This document shows positions 20,270 through 29,592 of a stretch of DNA of 64,000 nt, piece by piece. Location of the stretch: positions 537 through 64,536 of the forward strand of contig JBDNJA010000113.1 in NCBI GenBank assembly GCA_041688005.1, written 5' to 3'. The notes beneath the pieces are model-generated. The model ran no database searches and was not told the DNA's origin. It worked only from the letters and a program-made list of their open reading frames with translations. The stretch's first letter is position 1. Every line of letters begins with the position of its first letter. The position numbers and the translations under genes are program-made. The stretch is from Gammaproteobacteria bacterium. GTDB lineage: Bacteria; Pseudomonadota; Gammaproteobacteria; GCA-001735895.

Positions 20270-20908
20270 ATGTTGATTTCAACTCAACCCAGTCGGCCTC
20301 AAAAACGAGATCGATCTGTCGGTAACGAAGCTCGACGACGACAGTTAATCGAGGCGACGATAGAGTCGATCTCAGTTCATGGGCTTAACAAAACGACCTT
20401 GGGTACAGTTACCAAAATTGCGAACCTCTCGCATGGCGTGGTCAACTTTCATTTCAAGAGCAAAGATTTGCTATTACTTGAAGCGTTGCGTTTTCTTGTT
20501 GATGAGCATATTGATCATTGGCAGGCAGGCCTAAACCAAGCCGGTGACAGCGCGCCCGATAAACTGTTGGCAATGGTTGCTACTGATTTTGACGAAGAAA
20601 TTGCCAATCCGAAACGTCTCTCGGTTTGGTTTGCTTATTGGGGCGAAGTTAATAATCGTCCCGCCTATCGCGAAATTGCCGGTAACAATGATCGACAACG
20701 ACGGAATGAAATCAAACGACTCTGTCAGAGTTTAATCGAGCAAGGTGACTACAAAGGCATCGATGCCGAAGTATTCAGTACTAATCTCGAAGCACTTATC
20801 GATGGCTTATGGTTAAGCATCTTGATGGCGCCGAGTAAAATGACGGCGCAAAAGGCAAAAAACAATTGCCGGACATTTCTGTCAGCCATTTTTTTCAAAC
20901 ATTTTTAA
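20270..20908 (+). CDS. TetR-family transcriptional regulator (BetI-like C-terminal domain)
   Basis: N-terminal HTH ...RRRQLIEATIESISVHGLNKTTLGTVTKIANLSHGVVNFHFKSKDLLL... Confidence 0.85.
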   Translation: MLISTQPSRPQKRDRSVGNEARRRQLIEATIESISVHGLNKTTLGTVTKIANLSHGVVNFHFKSKDLLLLEALRFLVDEHIDHWQAGLNQAGDSAPDKLLAMVATDFDEEIANPKRLSVWFAYWGEVNNRPAYREIAGNNDRQRRNEIKRLCQSLIEQGDYKGIDAEVFSTNLEALIDGLWLSILMAPSKMTAQKAKNNCRTFLSAIFFKHF

Positions 20909-20929
20909 ATAAAAGTTAAGGTTTTAGCT

Positions 20930-22996
20930 ATGGCTCGCAATCCTCGTTATGACATTTTATTCGAACCAGTGAAAATTGGCCCAGTAACGGCCAAGAATCG
21001 TTTTTATCAAGTACCACATTGCAATGGTATGGGTCACCAGTACCCATCTAGCATGGCAGAAATGCGCGGTGTCAAAGCCGAAGGTGGCTGGGCTGTCGTG
21101 TGCACCGAAGAAGTCGAAGTATCGCATATTTCTGAACATAGCCCTCTGGTTGAAGGTCGACTTTGGGACGACAGGGACATTCCTGTGTTTGAGAAAATGA
21201 CGGATAAAATTCATCAGTATGGTGGATTAGCGGGTATTCAGCCCACTTTTCTCGGTGCGAACGCAGGAAATTTATACAGTCGTGAAATTCCGCTAGCTCC
21301 ATCTTTGAGGCCGGTAGAAGGTTACGCGCCGATTCAGGCTCGCGCTATGACTCGAGCAGACATTCGTAACGTACGCAAATGCTATGTCGATGCGGCCTTA
21401 CGTGCCAAACGAGCGGGGTTCGACATTATTTACAATTACGCGGCGCATGACGAAACTGTTCAAATGCATTTTCTATCGCGTCGGCACAACCAGCGTACGG
21501 ATGAATACGGCGGTTCTTTGGAGAACCGAAGCCGCTTGTTTCGAGAAGTCATGTCGGACATGAAAGATGCGGTGGGTGATACCTGTGCCATAGCCGTACG
21601 CTTTGCTGTCGATGAATTGCTCGGTTTAGACGGTATATCTTGCGATGCGGAAGGGCACGATATTATCGAAATGTTAGCCGAAGTACCGGACCTTTGGGAT
21701 GTTAACGTCAGTTCCTGGGAAAACGACTCGCTGCCATCACGGTTTGGAGAAATGGGAAGTCAGGAACAGTACACATCGTTTGTTAAACAGGTTACTGGTA
21801 AGCCGGTTGTCGGCGTTGGCCGCTACACTTCGCCGGATAAAATGGTGTCGCTCATTAAAAGCGGGAAGCTGGACTTGATTGGTGCTGCGCGCCCCTCGAT
21901 TGCAGATCCCTTCTTACCGAATAAAATCGACGAAGGCCGAGAAGAAGACATACGTGAATGTATCGGCTGTAATATTTGTGTCACTGCCGACTTTACTTGC
22001 ACACCGTTTCGTTGTACGCAAAACCCGACCATGGGTGAAGAATGGCGACGTGGCTGGCATCCGGAAAATATAGCCCCTAAAAAGAGTGACGATAGTGTTT
22101 TGATAGTCGGAGCAGGTCCTGCCGGACTCGAAGCCGCTCAAGCATTGGGCAAGCGAGGTTATGAAGTCATTCTCGCCGAAGTAGGTACCGAGTTGGGTGG
22201 TCGTGTTATTAAAGAATCCAGTTTGCCGGGGCTAAGTGAATGGATACGGGTGCGGGACTATCGAGAAGGCCAGTTAATCAAGCTCGCTAATGTTGAAATC
22301 TATCGAGACAACTGGTTAGACGCAGCACAAATTCTAGAATTCGGTTTCCAGCATGTCGCCATTGCTACCGGCTCCCAATGGCTAAGTGATGGCCGAGGTC
22401 GAATTAACCACTTTGCCATTGATGGTCATCAACAAGCACATGTATTCACGCCTGACGATATTATGAAGGGTGCTGTGTTACAGGGCAGCGTCACCATTTT
22501 TGACGACGACCATTTTTACATGGGCGGTGTTCTGGCTGAAAAACTACGCAGTGAAGGTCACGAGGTAACGCTGGTTACACCGGCCGCGGATGTGTCAAGC
22601 TGGACACATAACACGCTCGAACAGGAACGTATTCAAACACGCTTGCTGGAAATGGACGTTATCATCAAAGCGCATCGAAACCTCTGTGAGATTAAAGTAG
22701 GCGAAGTCGAATTAGCCTGCACCTTTACCGATAGGCGCGAACGCTTACAAGCCGATAATGTCGTCATGGTGACCATGCGTGAACCCATTGATGGGCTTTA
22801 TCAGGAATTGAGTGACAATCAATTGGCACTGGATACGGCGGGTATTAAGTCGCTGACCTCAATTGGTGATTGCCTCTCCCCCGGCATTATAGCGGCGGCC
22901 GTTTGGAGTGGGCACCGTTATGCCCGTGAGCTTGATGAACCTGTCAGTGATGAAGTCCCATTTAAACGCGAGCTGCCAGGGCAACTGGTTGTATAG
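20930..22996 (+). CDS. TMADH-family flavoprotein, paralogue 2
   Basis: Same architecture and motifs as paralogue 1 (VPHCNGMG, CIGCNICVTADFTCTPFRCTQN, VLIVGAGPAGLEAA). It starts 21 nt after tetR. Confidence 0.85.
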   Translation: MARNPRYDILFEPVKIGPVTAKNRFYQVPHCNGMGHQYPSSMAEMRGVKAEGGWAVVCTEEVEVSHISEHSPLVEGRLWDDRDIPVFEKMTDKIHQYGGLAGIQPTFLGANAGNLYSREIPLAPSLRPVEGYAPIQARAMTRADIRNVRKCYVDAALRAKRAGFDIIYNYAAHDETVQMHFLSRRHNQRTDEYGGSLENRSRLFREVMSDMKDAVGDTCAIAVRFAVDELLGLDGISCDAEGHDIIEMLAEVPDLWDVNVSSWENDSLPSRFGEMGSQEQYTSFVKQVTGKPVVGVGRYTSPDKMVSLIKSGKLDLIGAARPSIADPFLPNKIDEGREEDIRECIGCNICVTADFTCTPFRCTQNPTMGEEWRRGWHPENIAPKKSDDSVLIVGAGPAGLEAAQALGKRGYEVILAEVGTELGGRVIKESSLPGLSEWIRVRDYREGQLIKLANVEIYRDNWLDAAQILEFGFQHVAIATGSQWLSDGRGRINHFAIDGHQQAHVFTPDDIMKGAVLQGSVTIFDDDHFYMGGVLAEKLRSEGHEVTLVTPAADVSSWTHNTLEQERIQTRLLEMDVIIKAHRNLCEIKVGEVELACTFTDRRERLQADNVVMVTMREPIDGLYQELSDNQLALDTAGIKSLTSIGDCLSPGIIAAAVWSGHRYARELDEPVSDEVPFKRELPGQLVV

Positions 22997-23035
22997 CAAA
23001 TCATCTAATCCATAGTTAGGCCGGAAGTTAGTCTT

Positions 23036-25108
23036 ATGAGTAAACGTGATCCTCGATACGACCCTTTATTTGAACCTGTAAAAATCGGGCCGGTTACGGC
23101 TAAAAATCGATTTTATCAAGTTCCCCACTGTACTGGCATGGGTTGGATGCGGCCACGTATGGTGGCCGACTTGCGTGGCGTGAAGGCCGAAGGTGGTTGG
23201 GGTGTGGTTTGCACGGAGTATTGCTCAATACACCCAAGTTCTGACGATGCGCCATACCCATCACATTCGCTTTGGGATAAAAACGATATCAAATCGCATC
23301 GGTTAATGACCGACAAACTACACGAGCACGGTGCGCTTGCGGGCGCTGAGCTTTGGGTGTCGGGCAGTCGTTCTGCTAATTTACTCACTCGTGAAGTACC
23401 TATGGATGTGGCGTCATTGCCCAATAGTAACGGTGACCCCTATCAATCCCGAACAATGGACAGAGCTGACATCAAAGAACTCAAGCGTTGGCACCGTAAC
23501 GCCGCATTGCGAGCCAGGGACGCCGGGTTCGATATCGTTTATGTTTACGCGACACATGAATATTTGTTTGACAATTTTCTCAATCCTAAATTGAATACGC
23601 GCAGCGACGAATATGGTGGCTCACTTGAGAATAGAATGCGATTGGTGCGCGAAATTATCGAAGAAACCAAAGATGCGGTTGGCGACAAATGCGCCGTCGC
23701 CGTTCGTTTTACCGTCGATGATGGTGGTGGTGCTGATGGCGTTCCTGTTCACGGCGAACGAATGGAGATGTTCGAATCAATGGCTGAGTTACCGGATCTT
23801 TGGGATATCAATATCTCGGATTACTCGTTGGAAATGGGCGTATCCCGATTCGTCAAAGAAGGCTCACTCGAAACTTATATGTCGGAGGTTAAATCGAAAA
23901 CCAGTAAACCGGTTGTTACCGTCGGACGGTTTACCTCGCCAGATACCATGATTAGCCAGGTGAATCGCGGCATTGTTGATTTTATTGGTGCCGCCCGACC
24001 ATCGATAGCAGACCCTTTTTTACCCCAAAAAATTGAGCAGGGCAGACCTGAAGATATTCGCGAGTGCATTGGTTGTAATATTTGCTATACCGGTGACAGT
24101 CGGCATGTGCCAATTCGGTGTACCCAAAATCCAACCATGGGCGAAGAATGGCGACGTGGCTGGCACCCAGAAAAGATTGATCCGAAAGGGTCGGACAGCC
24201 AAATATTGATTGTCGGTGCAGGCCCAACTGGTTTGGAAGCCGCTCGCGCACTCGGTCAGCGAGGTTACGACGTGATACTGGCCGAAGCCAGTCGGGAACT
24301 GGGTGGTCGTGTCAACCACGAAAGCCGGCTTCCAGGTTTAGCCGAGTGGGCCAGAGTACGTGATTATCGAGTGACTCAAATGGCCAAAATGCCCAATGTA
24401 GCGGTTTACCTAGAAAATAATCTAGCGCTCGACGATATTCTGGAAATTGGCGCCGACCATGTTGCCATTGCAACAGGGGCAACATGGCGTCGGGATGGTT
24501 TTGGCAGCTACCATATTGTTCCAATGCAGCCTTTGCCACCGACCGAATCGACATATACTCCCGACGACATTATGTCGGGGCGCTTACCTGTTGGCAGCAC
24601 ACTGGTGTATGACGACGATGGTTTTTATATGGGCAGTGTTATTGCCGAGAAACTCCGAGAGAATGGTAACCCGGTCATTTACTTGACGCCGGAACCGAAG
24701 GTTTCAAGTTGGAGTAGTAACAATGCCGAGCAACCTCGAGTTCATCGTCGCTTGGTTGAACTGGGTGTTGAAATTATATTAAATTATGGGCTGGATGCCT
24801 TCGATGGCGAACAGGCCGTTTTAGGATGCAGCTATACCGGTCAGCAGCGGAACGTCTCGGTCGAGAATGTCGTCATGGTTAGTAGTCGTACGCCTCAGGA
24901 TCAGCTTTATTATAGTTTGCTTGGTGCAATAGAGAATAATCGACCAGGCGCACCGAAAACAGTTAAACGAATCGGGGATGCTGAAGCACCCGCGATTATT
25001 GCGGCTGCGGTCTTTTCTGGTCATAAGTATGCCCGCGAAATCGACGTCGAAATCGACCGTGATAACCCTTTCAAACACGATAGAGTCTTTTTTGAAGACA
25101 ACCAGTAA
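23036..25108 (+). CDS. TMADH-family flavoprotein, paralogue 3
   Basis: VPHCTGMG, TEYCSIHPSSDD (closest of the three to the TMADH motif as I recall it), CIGCNICYTGDSRHVPIRCTQN and ILIVGAGPTGLEAA. Confidence 0.85.
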   Translation: MSKRDPRYDPLFEPVKIGPVTAKNRFYQVPHCTGMGWMRPRMVADLRGVKAEGGWGVVCTEYCSIHPSSDDAPYPSHSLWDKNDIKSHRLMTDKLHEHGALAGAELWVSGSRSANLLTREVPMDVASLPNSNGDPYQSRTMDRADIKELKRWHRNAALRARDAGFDIVYVYATHEYLFDNFLNPKLNTRSDEYGGSLENRMRLVREIIEETKDAVGDKCAVAVRFTVDDGGGADGVPVHGERMEMFESMAELPDLWDINISDYSLEMGVSRFVKEGSLETYMSEVKSKTSKPVVTVGRFTSPDTMISQVNRGIVDFIGAARPSIADPFLPQKIEQGRPEDIRECIGCNICYTGDSRHVPIRCTQNPTMGEEWRRGWHPEKIDPKGSDSQILIVGAGPTGLEAARALGQRGYDVILAEASRELGGRVNHESRLPGLAEWARVRDYRVTQMAKMPNVAVYLENNLALDDILEIGADHVAIATGATWRRDGFGSYHIVPMQPLPPTESTYTPDDIMSGRLPVGSTLVYDDDGFYMGSVIAEKLRENGNPVIYLTPEPKVSSWSSNNAEQPRVHRRLVELGVEIILNYGLDAFDGEQAVLGCSYTGQQRNVSVENVVMVSSRTPQDQLYYSLLGAIENNRPGAPKTVKRIGDAEAPAIIAAAVFSGHKYAREIDVEIDRDNPFKHDRVFFEDNQ

Positions 25109-25122
25109 TCTGGAAATTAACT

Positions 25123-27525
25123 ATGCCCGCTAGCGATGAAAATGATATCCGCTTTCTAAACCCTGAACCGCCAAAATTTACGCAACAGCAGGCTAAGCAA
25201 AGCGCCTTCGACCTGTTTGGACTGACTGGGGAAATGAAACCCTTATATAGCGAACGTGATCAAAATTTCCGAATTCGAAGTCCGAAAGACGATTTTGTTT
25301 TCAAAATTTCAAATGCGCATGAAGATGCCAGCGTGATCGATTTGCAAACTAAAACATTGTTGCATCTAGCTAAAAATGATCCGAACTTACCTGTACCAGA
25401 AGTGGTTCTAAACAAAAATGGTAAAGACCACGACTTCATAGAAGCTGATGATGGCAAACAGCATATGGTTAGAGTATTAACTTACTTGCCCGGCGTAGTC
25501 ATGGCCGACCTGCCTACCAGTGACGCTTTGTATCAAGATGTCGGTGCCGTTATGGCAAGATCTGGCATTGCCTTGAGAGATTTTTTCCACCCCGCCGCCG
25601 GTTATGATTTGCTGTGGGATCTGCGCCAATTACCCAAAATTCGTTGTTTGACTCAATACCTTGACGACGCCACTTTGCGTGAAATGGTTGAGCAGGATCT
25701 CGATTTTACCTGCGAATATATTCTGCCGCAGTTATCCGGTATGCGTAGTCAAATAATTCACAATGATGGCAATATTCACAACCTCATCGTTGATCCCAAT
25801 AATCCCGACAAGGTCAGCGGGCTAGTCGATTTTGGTGACATGATGCACGCTCCCCTTATCTTTGACCTAGCCGTTTCGGCGGGCTCATTGACGTTAGACT
25901 CGACTGATCCTTTGGCAGTGATGTGTCAGGTTGCTGCGGGCTATGACCGTGTCTTACCGCTTGAAGAAAAAGAAATCGACCTGTTGTCGCATTTGGCCGT
26001 TGGTCGAATAAGTCAGGAACTATTAATCGCTGCAAAACGCCGACACGATGACCCTAATGCGGCTGAGTATGTGCTGGCGGACGAAGCTTCGTTTTCTAAA
26101 ATCATACTAGTATTACTCAATGTTGGACATCAGGCTATGCGCGCCCGCCTACGCGAAATTTGTCGCTTTCCCTGTGCAGATAATGGCAAAGTCGAAGTGC
26201 CCAATTCTCAAGTCGATGATATTGCACCCTTGCTTAAACGTCGCGAACAGACCTTAGGTAAAACGCTGGAACTGGCTTACGACAAGCCTTTTCATGTCGT
26301 TCGCGGTGAAGGAGTTTGGCTATATGACGCGGATGGAAATCGCCATCTAGACGTTTATAACAATGTTCCTCATGTCGGTCATTGTCATCCACATGTGGTA
26401 AAAACAGTGAGCCGACAACTGGCCACCCTAAACACCAATACACGGTATTTGTTTGACAATGTAGTGAGCTACGCCGAACGTTTGGCTGCGAGTTTGCCGA
26501 GTGATCTTAGTAGCTGTATTTTTGTTAATTCGGGCAGTGAGGCCAACGATGCGGCGATGCGTATTGCCCGCACCCTGACTAAGAAACAGGGTGCAATCAT
26601 AATGGAAGACGCGTATCACGGCATAACCGAATCAATCGACGAACTATCGCCTGCGGCCTATCCTGGGGTGCAAGCACCAAATCCGGTAGCAAGGGTGCGT
26701 ACCCTCGAAGCTCCCGATATGTATCGTGGACGTTTTCGCGACGATCCTGAAAATGCGTCTAGGCTTTACGCGCAAAGTGCAGACACAGCGATACAAAGCT
26801 TGCAGGAAATCGGTCTGGGTACGGCAGCCTTTATGATCGATTCATCATTTAGTAGCAATGGTATTTTGCCGGTATTACCCGGCTATTTACCCGCCGTAAC
26901 CGATAAGGTACGAGCGGCTGGTGGTTTGATAATCGCCGACGAAGTTCAAATAGGTTTTGGTCGTTGCGGCTCCCATTTTTGGGGGTTCGAAGCGCAGGCA
27001 ATCATGCCCGATATCGTCACGCTCGGAAAACCCATCGGTAACGGTATTTCTCTGGGTGTCGTCGTCACCACGCCCGCTATTCGTGAAGCGTTTGGCGAGG
27101 AAATCGACTTTTTCAGTACCTTTGGTGGTAACCCGGTAGCCTGCGCGGCAGCCCATGCCGTGTTCGACGTTATCGAGCAGGAAGGTTTATTAGAAAATGC
27201 GCGTGACAATGGCCACTATATGCGGGAAGGCTTACGTCAGATAAGCGACCAATATCCTGCAATAGGTGACGTGCGTGGACAGGGTTTGTTCATCGGCATC
27301 GAAATAGTAACAGACCGTATTAGCAAGCAACCAGACGCTATGATGGCGGACCGAATTCGAAACCGCCTTCGAGAAAAACGGGTGTTGGTCGGTCGTGAAT
27401 CGCGCACTGGAAACGTCATCAAAGTTCGACCCCCGCTAGCCTTTCGTCGCGAACACACGGATATTTTGCTGGAAGCCTTTGGAGAGACGCTAGCCGAACT
27501 TTGCCCATCAGTTCAACCTAGATAG
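25123..27525 (+). CDS. Fusion protein: N-terminal APH-type (aminoglycoside-phosphotransferase-fold) kinase plus C-terminal class-III aminotransferase-fold PLP enzyme (AGXT2L/phospho-lyase-like)
   Basis: The kinase half has the Brenner motif IHNDGNIHN and Mg site LVDFGDM. The PLP half has ...VNSGSEANDAA..., ...IADEVQIGFGRCG... and the PLP-lysine context DIVTLGKPIGNG. Confidence 0.8.
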   Translation: MPASDENDIRFLNPEPPKFTQQQAKQSAFDLFGLTGEMKPLYSERDQNFRIRSPKDDFVFKISNAHEDASVIDLQTKTLLHLAKNDPNLPVPEVVLNKNGKDHDFIEADDGKQHMVRVLTYLPGVVMADLPTSDALYQDVGAVMARSGIALRDFFHPAAGYDLLWDLRQLPKIRCLTQYLDDATLREMVEQDLDFTCEYILPQLSGMRSQIIHNDGNIHNLIVDPNNPDKVSGLVDFGDMMHAPLIFDLAVSAGSLTLDSTDPLAVMCQVAAGYDRVLPLEEKEIDLLSHLAVGRISQELLIAAKRRHDDPNAAEYVLADEASFSKIILVLLNVGHQAMRARLREICRFPCADNGKVEVPNSQVDDIAPLLKRREQTLGKTLELAYDKPFHVVRGEGVWLYDADGNRHLDVYNNVPHVGHCHPHVVKTVSRQLATLNTNTRYLFDNVVSYAERLAASLPSDLSSCIFVNSGSEANDAAMRIARTLTKKQGAIIMEDAYHGITESIDELSPAAYPGVQAPNPVARVRTLEAPDMYRGRFRDDPENASRLYAQSADTAIQSLQEIGLGTAAFMIDSSFSSNGILPVLPGYLPAVTDKVRAAGGLIIADEVQIGFGRCGSHFWGFEAQAIMPDIVTLGKPIGNGISLGVVVTTPAIREAFGEEIDFFSTFGGNPVACAAAHAVFDVIEQEGLLENARDNGHYMREGLRQISDQYPAIGDVRGQGLFIGIEIVTDRISKQPDAMMADRIRNRLREKRVLVGRESRTGNVIKVRPPLAFRREHTDILLEAFGETLAELCPSVQPR

Positions 27526-27561
27526 GTAAGATATGGCATATATGTCTGTTTTTCAGGCGCA

Positions 27562-28455
27562 TCAGTCTTTCACATAGGTCCGCCAATTGTGTTCCTCAAC
27601 AAACCCTAGCATTTCGCGTATCTTGCGGTTGGAAAACAACGCTTCATGCTCCTCAAGAGTGCGCGTTACTGGAGTGCCGGGAAAAAATTGATCAATAAGG
27701 TCTGCCGATGGAATATTCGCCGTATTGGTATCATTGCCTGCGTTGAAAACCTGGTATCCCAATCCGTCCTTCTCAACACAGAGATCTACGATCTGTCCAA
27801 GATCACGAGCATCAATATAGCAAAAGGCATTACGTCGGCGCTGCTCTGGATTGATAAAGAAGTCAAGGAAACGGTGGTATTCATGTGGCTCGATCACGTT
27901 GCCGATACGAAGGGCATAGATATCTATTCCAGATCGTCTTTGGAAGGCTCGCGCGGTATGTTCATTCACCACTTTAGACAGACCATAGCTATCCATTGGG
28001 TCGACATCGTAATCTTCTTCCAGTGGGAATGACTTCGGGTTCACCCGGCCATCAGAAAAGCAAATTCCGTAAGTTGTTTCGGAAGAAGCAATAACTACCT
28101 TCTTGATGCCGAGTTTCACCGCGGCCTCGATCACGTTATACGTCCCAATCGTATTCACCCTAAACGTCTCGTTGTCTGGATTGATAAGGATGCGTGGAAC
28201 CGCAGCGAAGTGTACAACAGCATCAAATCGAGGGACACCAGTGCCCGTTTCCATTTCGTCCCAATCAGCATAGCTCGTCATGACATTGAACATCTGTCCA
28301 GAATCAGTGATGTCAGCAATCAGCGTTTCAACACCATCAAGTTCAAGGGGGACCAAATCAACGTTCAAGACGCGATGGCCCTGAGAAACCAGGTACTCGA
28401 TGGCATACTTACCTGCCTTACCAGAACCACCTGTGAATAGAATGCGCTTACCCAT
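27562..28455 (-). CDS. NAD-dependent epimerase/dehydratase-family (extended SDR) protein
   Basis: N-terminal ILFTGGSGKAGKY Rossmann motif and a YxxxK region (SYGLSKVV). Confidence 0.8.
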   Translation of the reverse strand: MGKRILFTGGSGKAGKYAIEYLVSQGHRVLNVDLVPLELDGVETLIADITDSGQMFNVMTSYADWDEMETGTGVPRFDAVVHFAAVPRILINPDNETFRVNTIGTYNVIEAAVKLGIKKVVIASSETTYGICFSDGRVNPKSFPLEEDYDVDPMDSYGLSKVVNEHTARAFQRRSGIDIYALRIGNVIEPHEYHRFLDFFINPEQRRRNAFCYIDARDLGQIVDLCVEKDGLGYQVFNAGNDTNTANIPSADLIDQFFPGTPVTRTLEEHEALFSNRKIREMLGFVEEHNWRTYVKD

Positions 28456-28707
28456 GCTTGACGATTTCCTTTATCGTAATTTATTTCTCAACTTAGCCAC
28501 CACTCTATCGTCATTGAAGGAATGGCGCGAATTATAATATGAGTAGATGATACGATTTTGTCGAAATCTCGTATATATGCCAATTAACACGACGCGCCGA
28601 CATAGATGGTGTCCCAGCAGGACTCGGGTCTGAATCAAAGAATAAAAAAAGGGCAAAGCAGAATGACACTAAGTTAAGCCCCTTCCCAAAAAAACATAGC
28701 AAAACAG

Positions 28708-28915
28708 GGGCTGTATGACGACATCCTAGTTATCTTGGTCCAAAGCCGAAAGAACATAAAAGGCAGCGGAAACGTTTTTTGAAAGTTGCTCAAAGGATTA
28801 AAGTACCCACCCAATAAAATAGTCACTGATCAGTTTCAAAGCTATGGTACTGCTCATAGAGAAATAAGATTGCCAGTACCAAAACAATCGGGCTGAAAAA
28901 TCACATCAGCGAACA
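28708..28915 (+). pseudogene. IS6-family transposase remnant with an in-frame stop and a frameshift
   Basis: It reads GLYDDILVILVQSRKNIKGSGNVF*KLLKGLKYPPNKIVTDQFQSYGTAHREI..., then AEKSHQRT in the +1 frame. These correspond to the IS6 blocks ...vlD.lvq.rRd..AA..Ff.kll...P..ivTD.l.SY.aA.rei... and RAENSHQPTR. Confidence 0.65.
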
Positions 28916-29592
28916 TGACGCTGCTGAACGAACATTTGACCGATGTAACTCACTCCGACGGTGGCATCATCACGATGAATTTCTGCGAACCCACCTACGG
29001 CGTCGACGACGGAGGCTATCACCCCGCCGATTTATATAGTCCTTGGGTGAGCTGCTGTATCTGACTGACTTCGCTTACTTCGATAAACCTTTTGTGGAGA
29101 TAGGTATAGAGTTCGACCGAAATTTCGAGCCGGACAGTTTCCGACAATACTATTCATTTTATGATCTGAATTTCGGCAGAAGCTTGCTCGACTTAATTTA
29201 CCCACAATTTCACCGACTACTAATGTTCGGGCATCAAGATCGTCTTGCTGTCCGTGTCTATCACTATTTGAAGCCTATTTTTCGCGATCAAAAAGATGCA
29301 CGGCTGCGAATCATTATGCTTTTGGGTTGGCCCAAGTGGCTGGCCTACGACAGGCTGCCAGCCTCACCATACTCTGTCGCAATTTCGCGTCCCATAGTTC
29401 CCCCATGTAGTGGCCGAAATCTTCCCAGGTCGGCAAATCTGGAGGACTCTGAGCAGGCACTGACTGATGCAGAGAGGCACAGATTCAGCTGCAAGGAGAA
29501 TCGTCAGATGGAAAATGCGCAAAACTCGGTACCTTATATGAAGAAAAAAACACCGAGGCCAATATGCAACTAATCACCAACATAAATCACTC

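Noticed and set aside
28471-28656. A 61-aa ORF just upstream of the epimerase-like gene.
   Set aside because: It has no Shine-Dalgarno or family signal, is Arg/Tyr-rich, and sits in the decayed zone. It is probably spurious.
28920-29035. A hotdog/PaaI-thioesterase-like reading on the minus strand (IGGVIASVVDAVGGFAEIHRDDATVGVSY...).
   Set aside because: It is only about 38 residues with a loose motif resemblance. The same bases could be the decayed C-terminus of the IS6 transposase on the plus strand.
29043-29573. A 176-aa ORF (TTG start) in the graveyard region, considered as a real gene.
   Set aside because: It has an unusual start codon and no recognisable domain. The minus strand over part of it also gives a protein-like reading (PDLPTWEDFGHYMGELWDAKLRQ...). 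I cannot decide which strand, if either, is or was coding.
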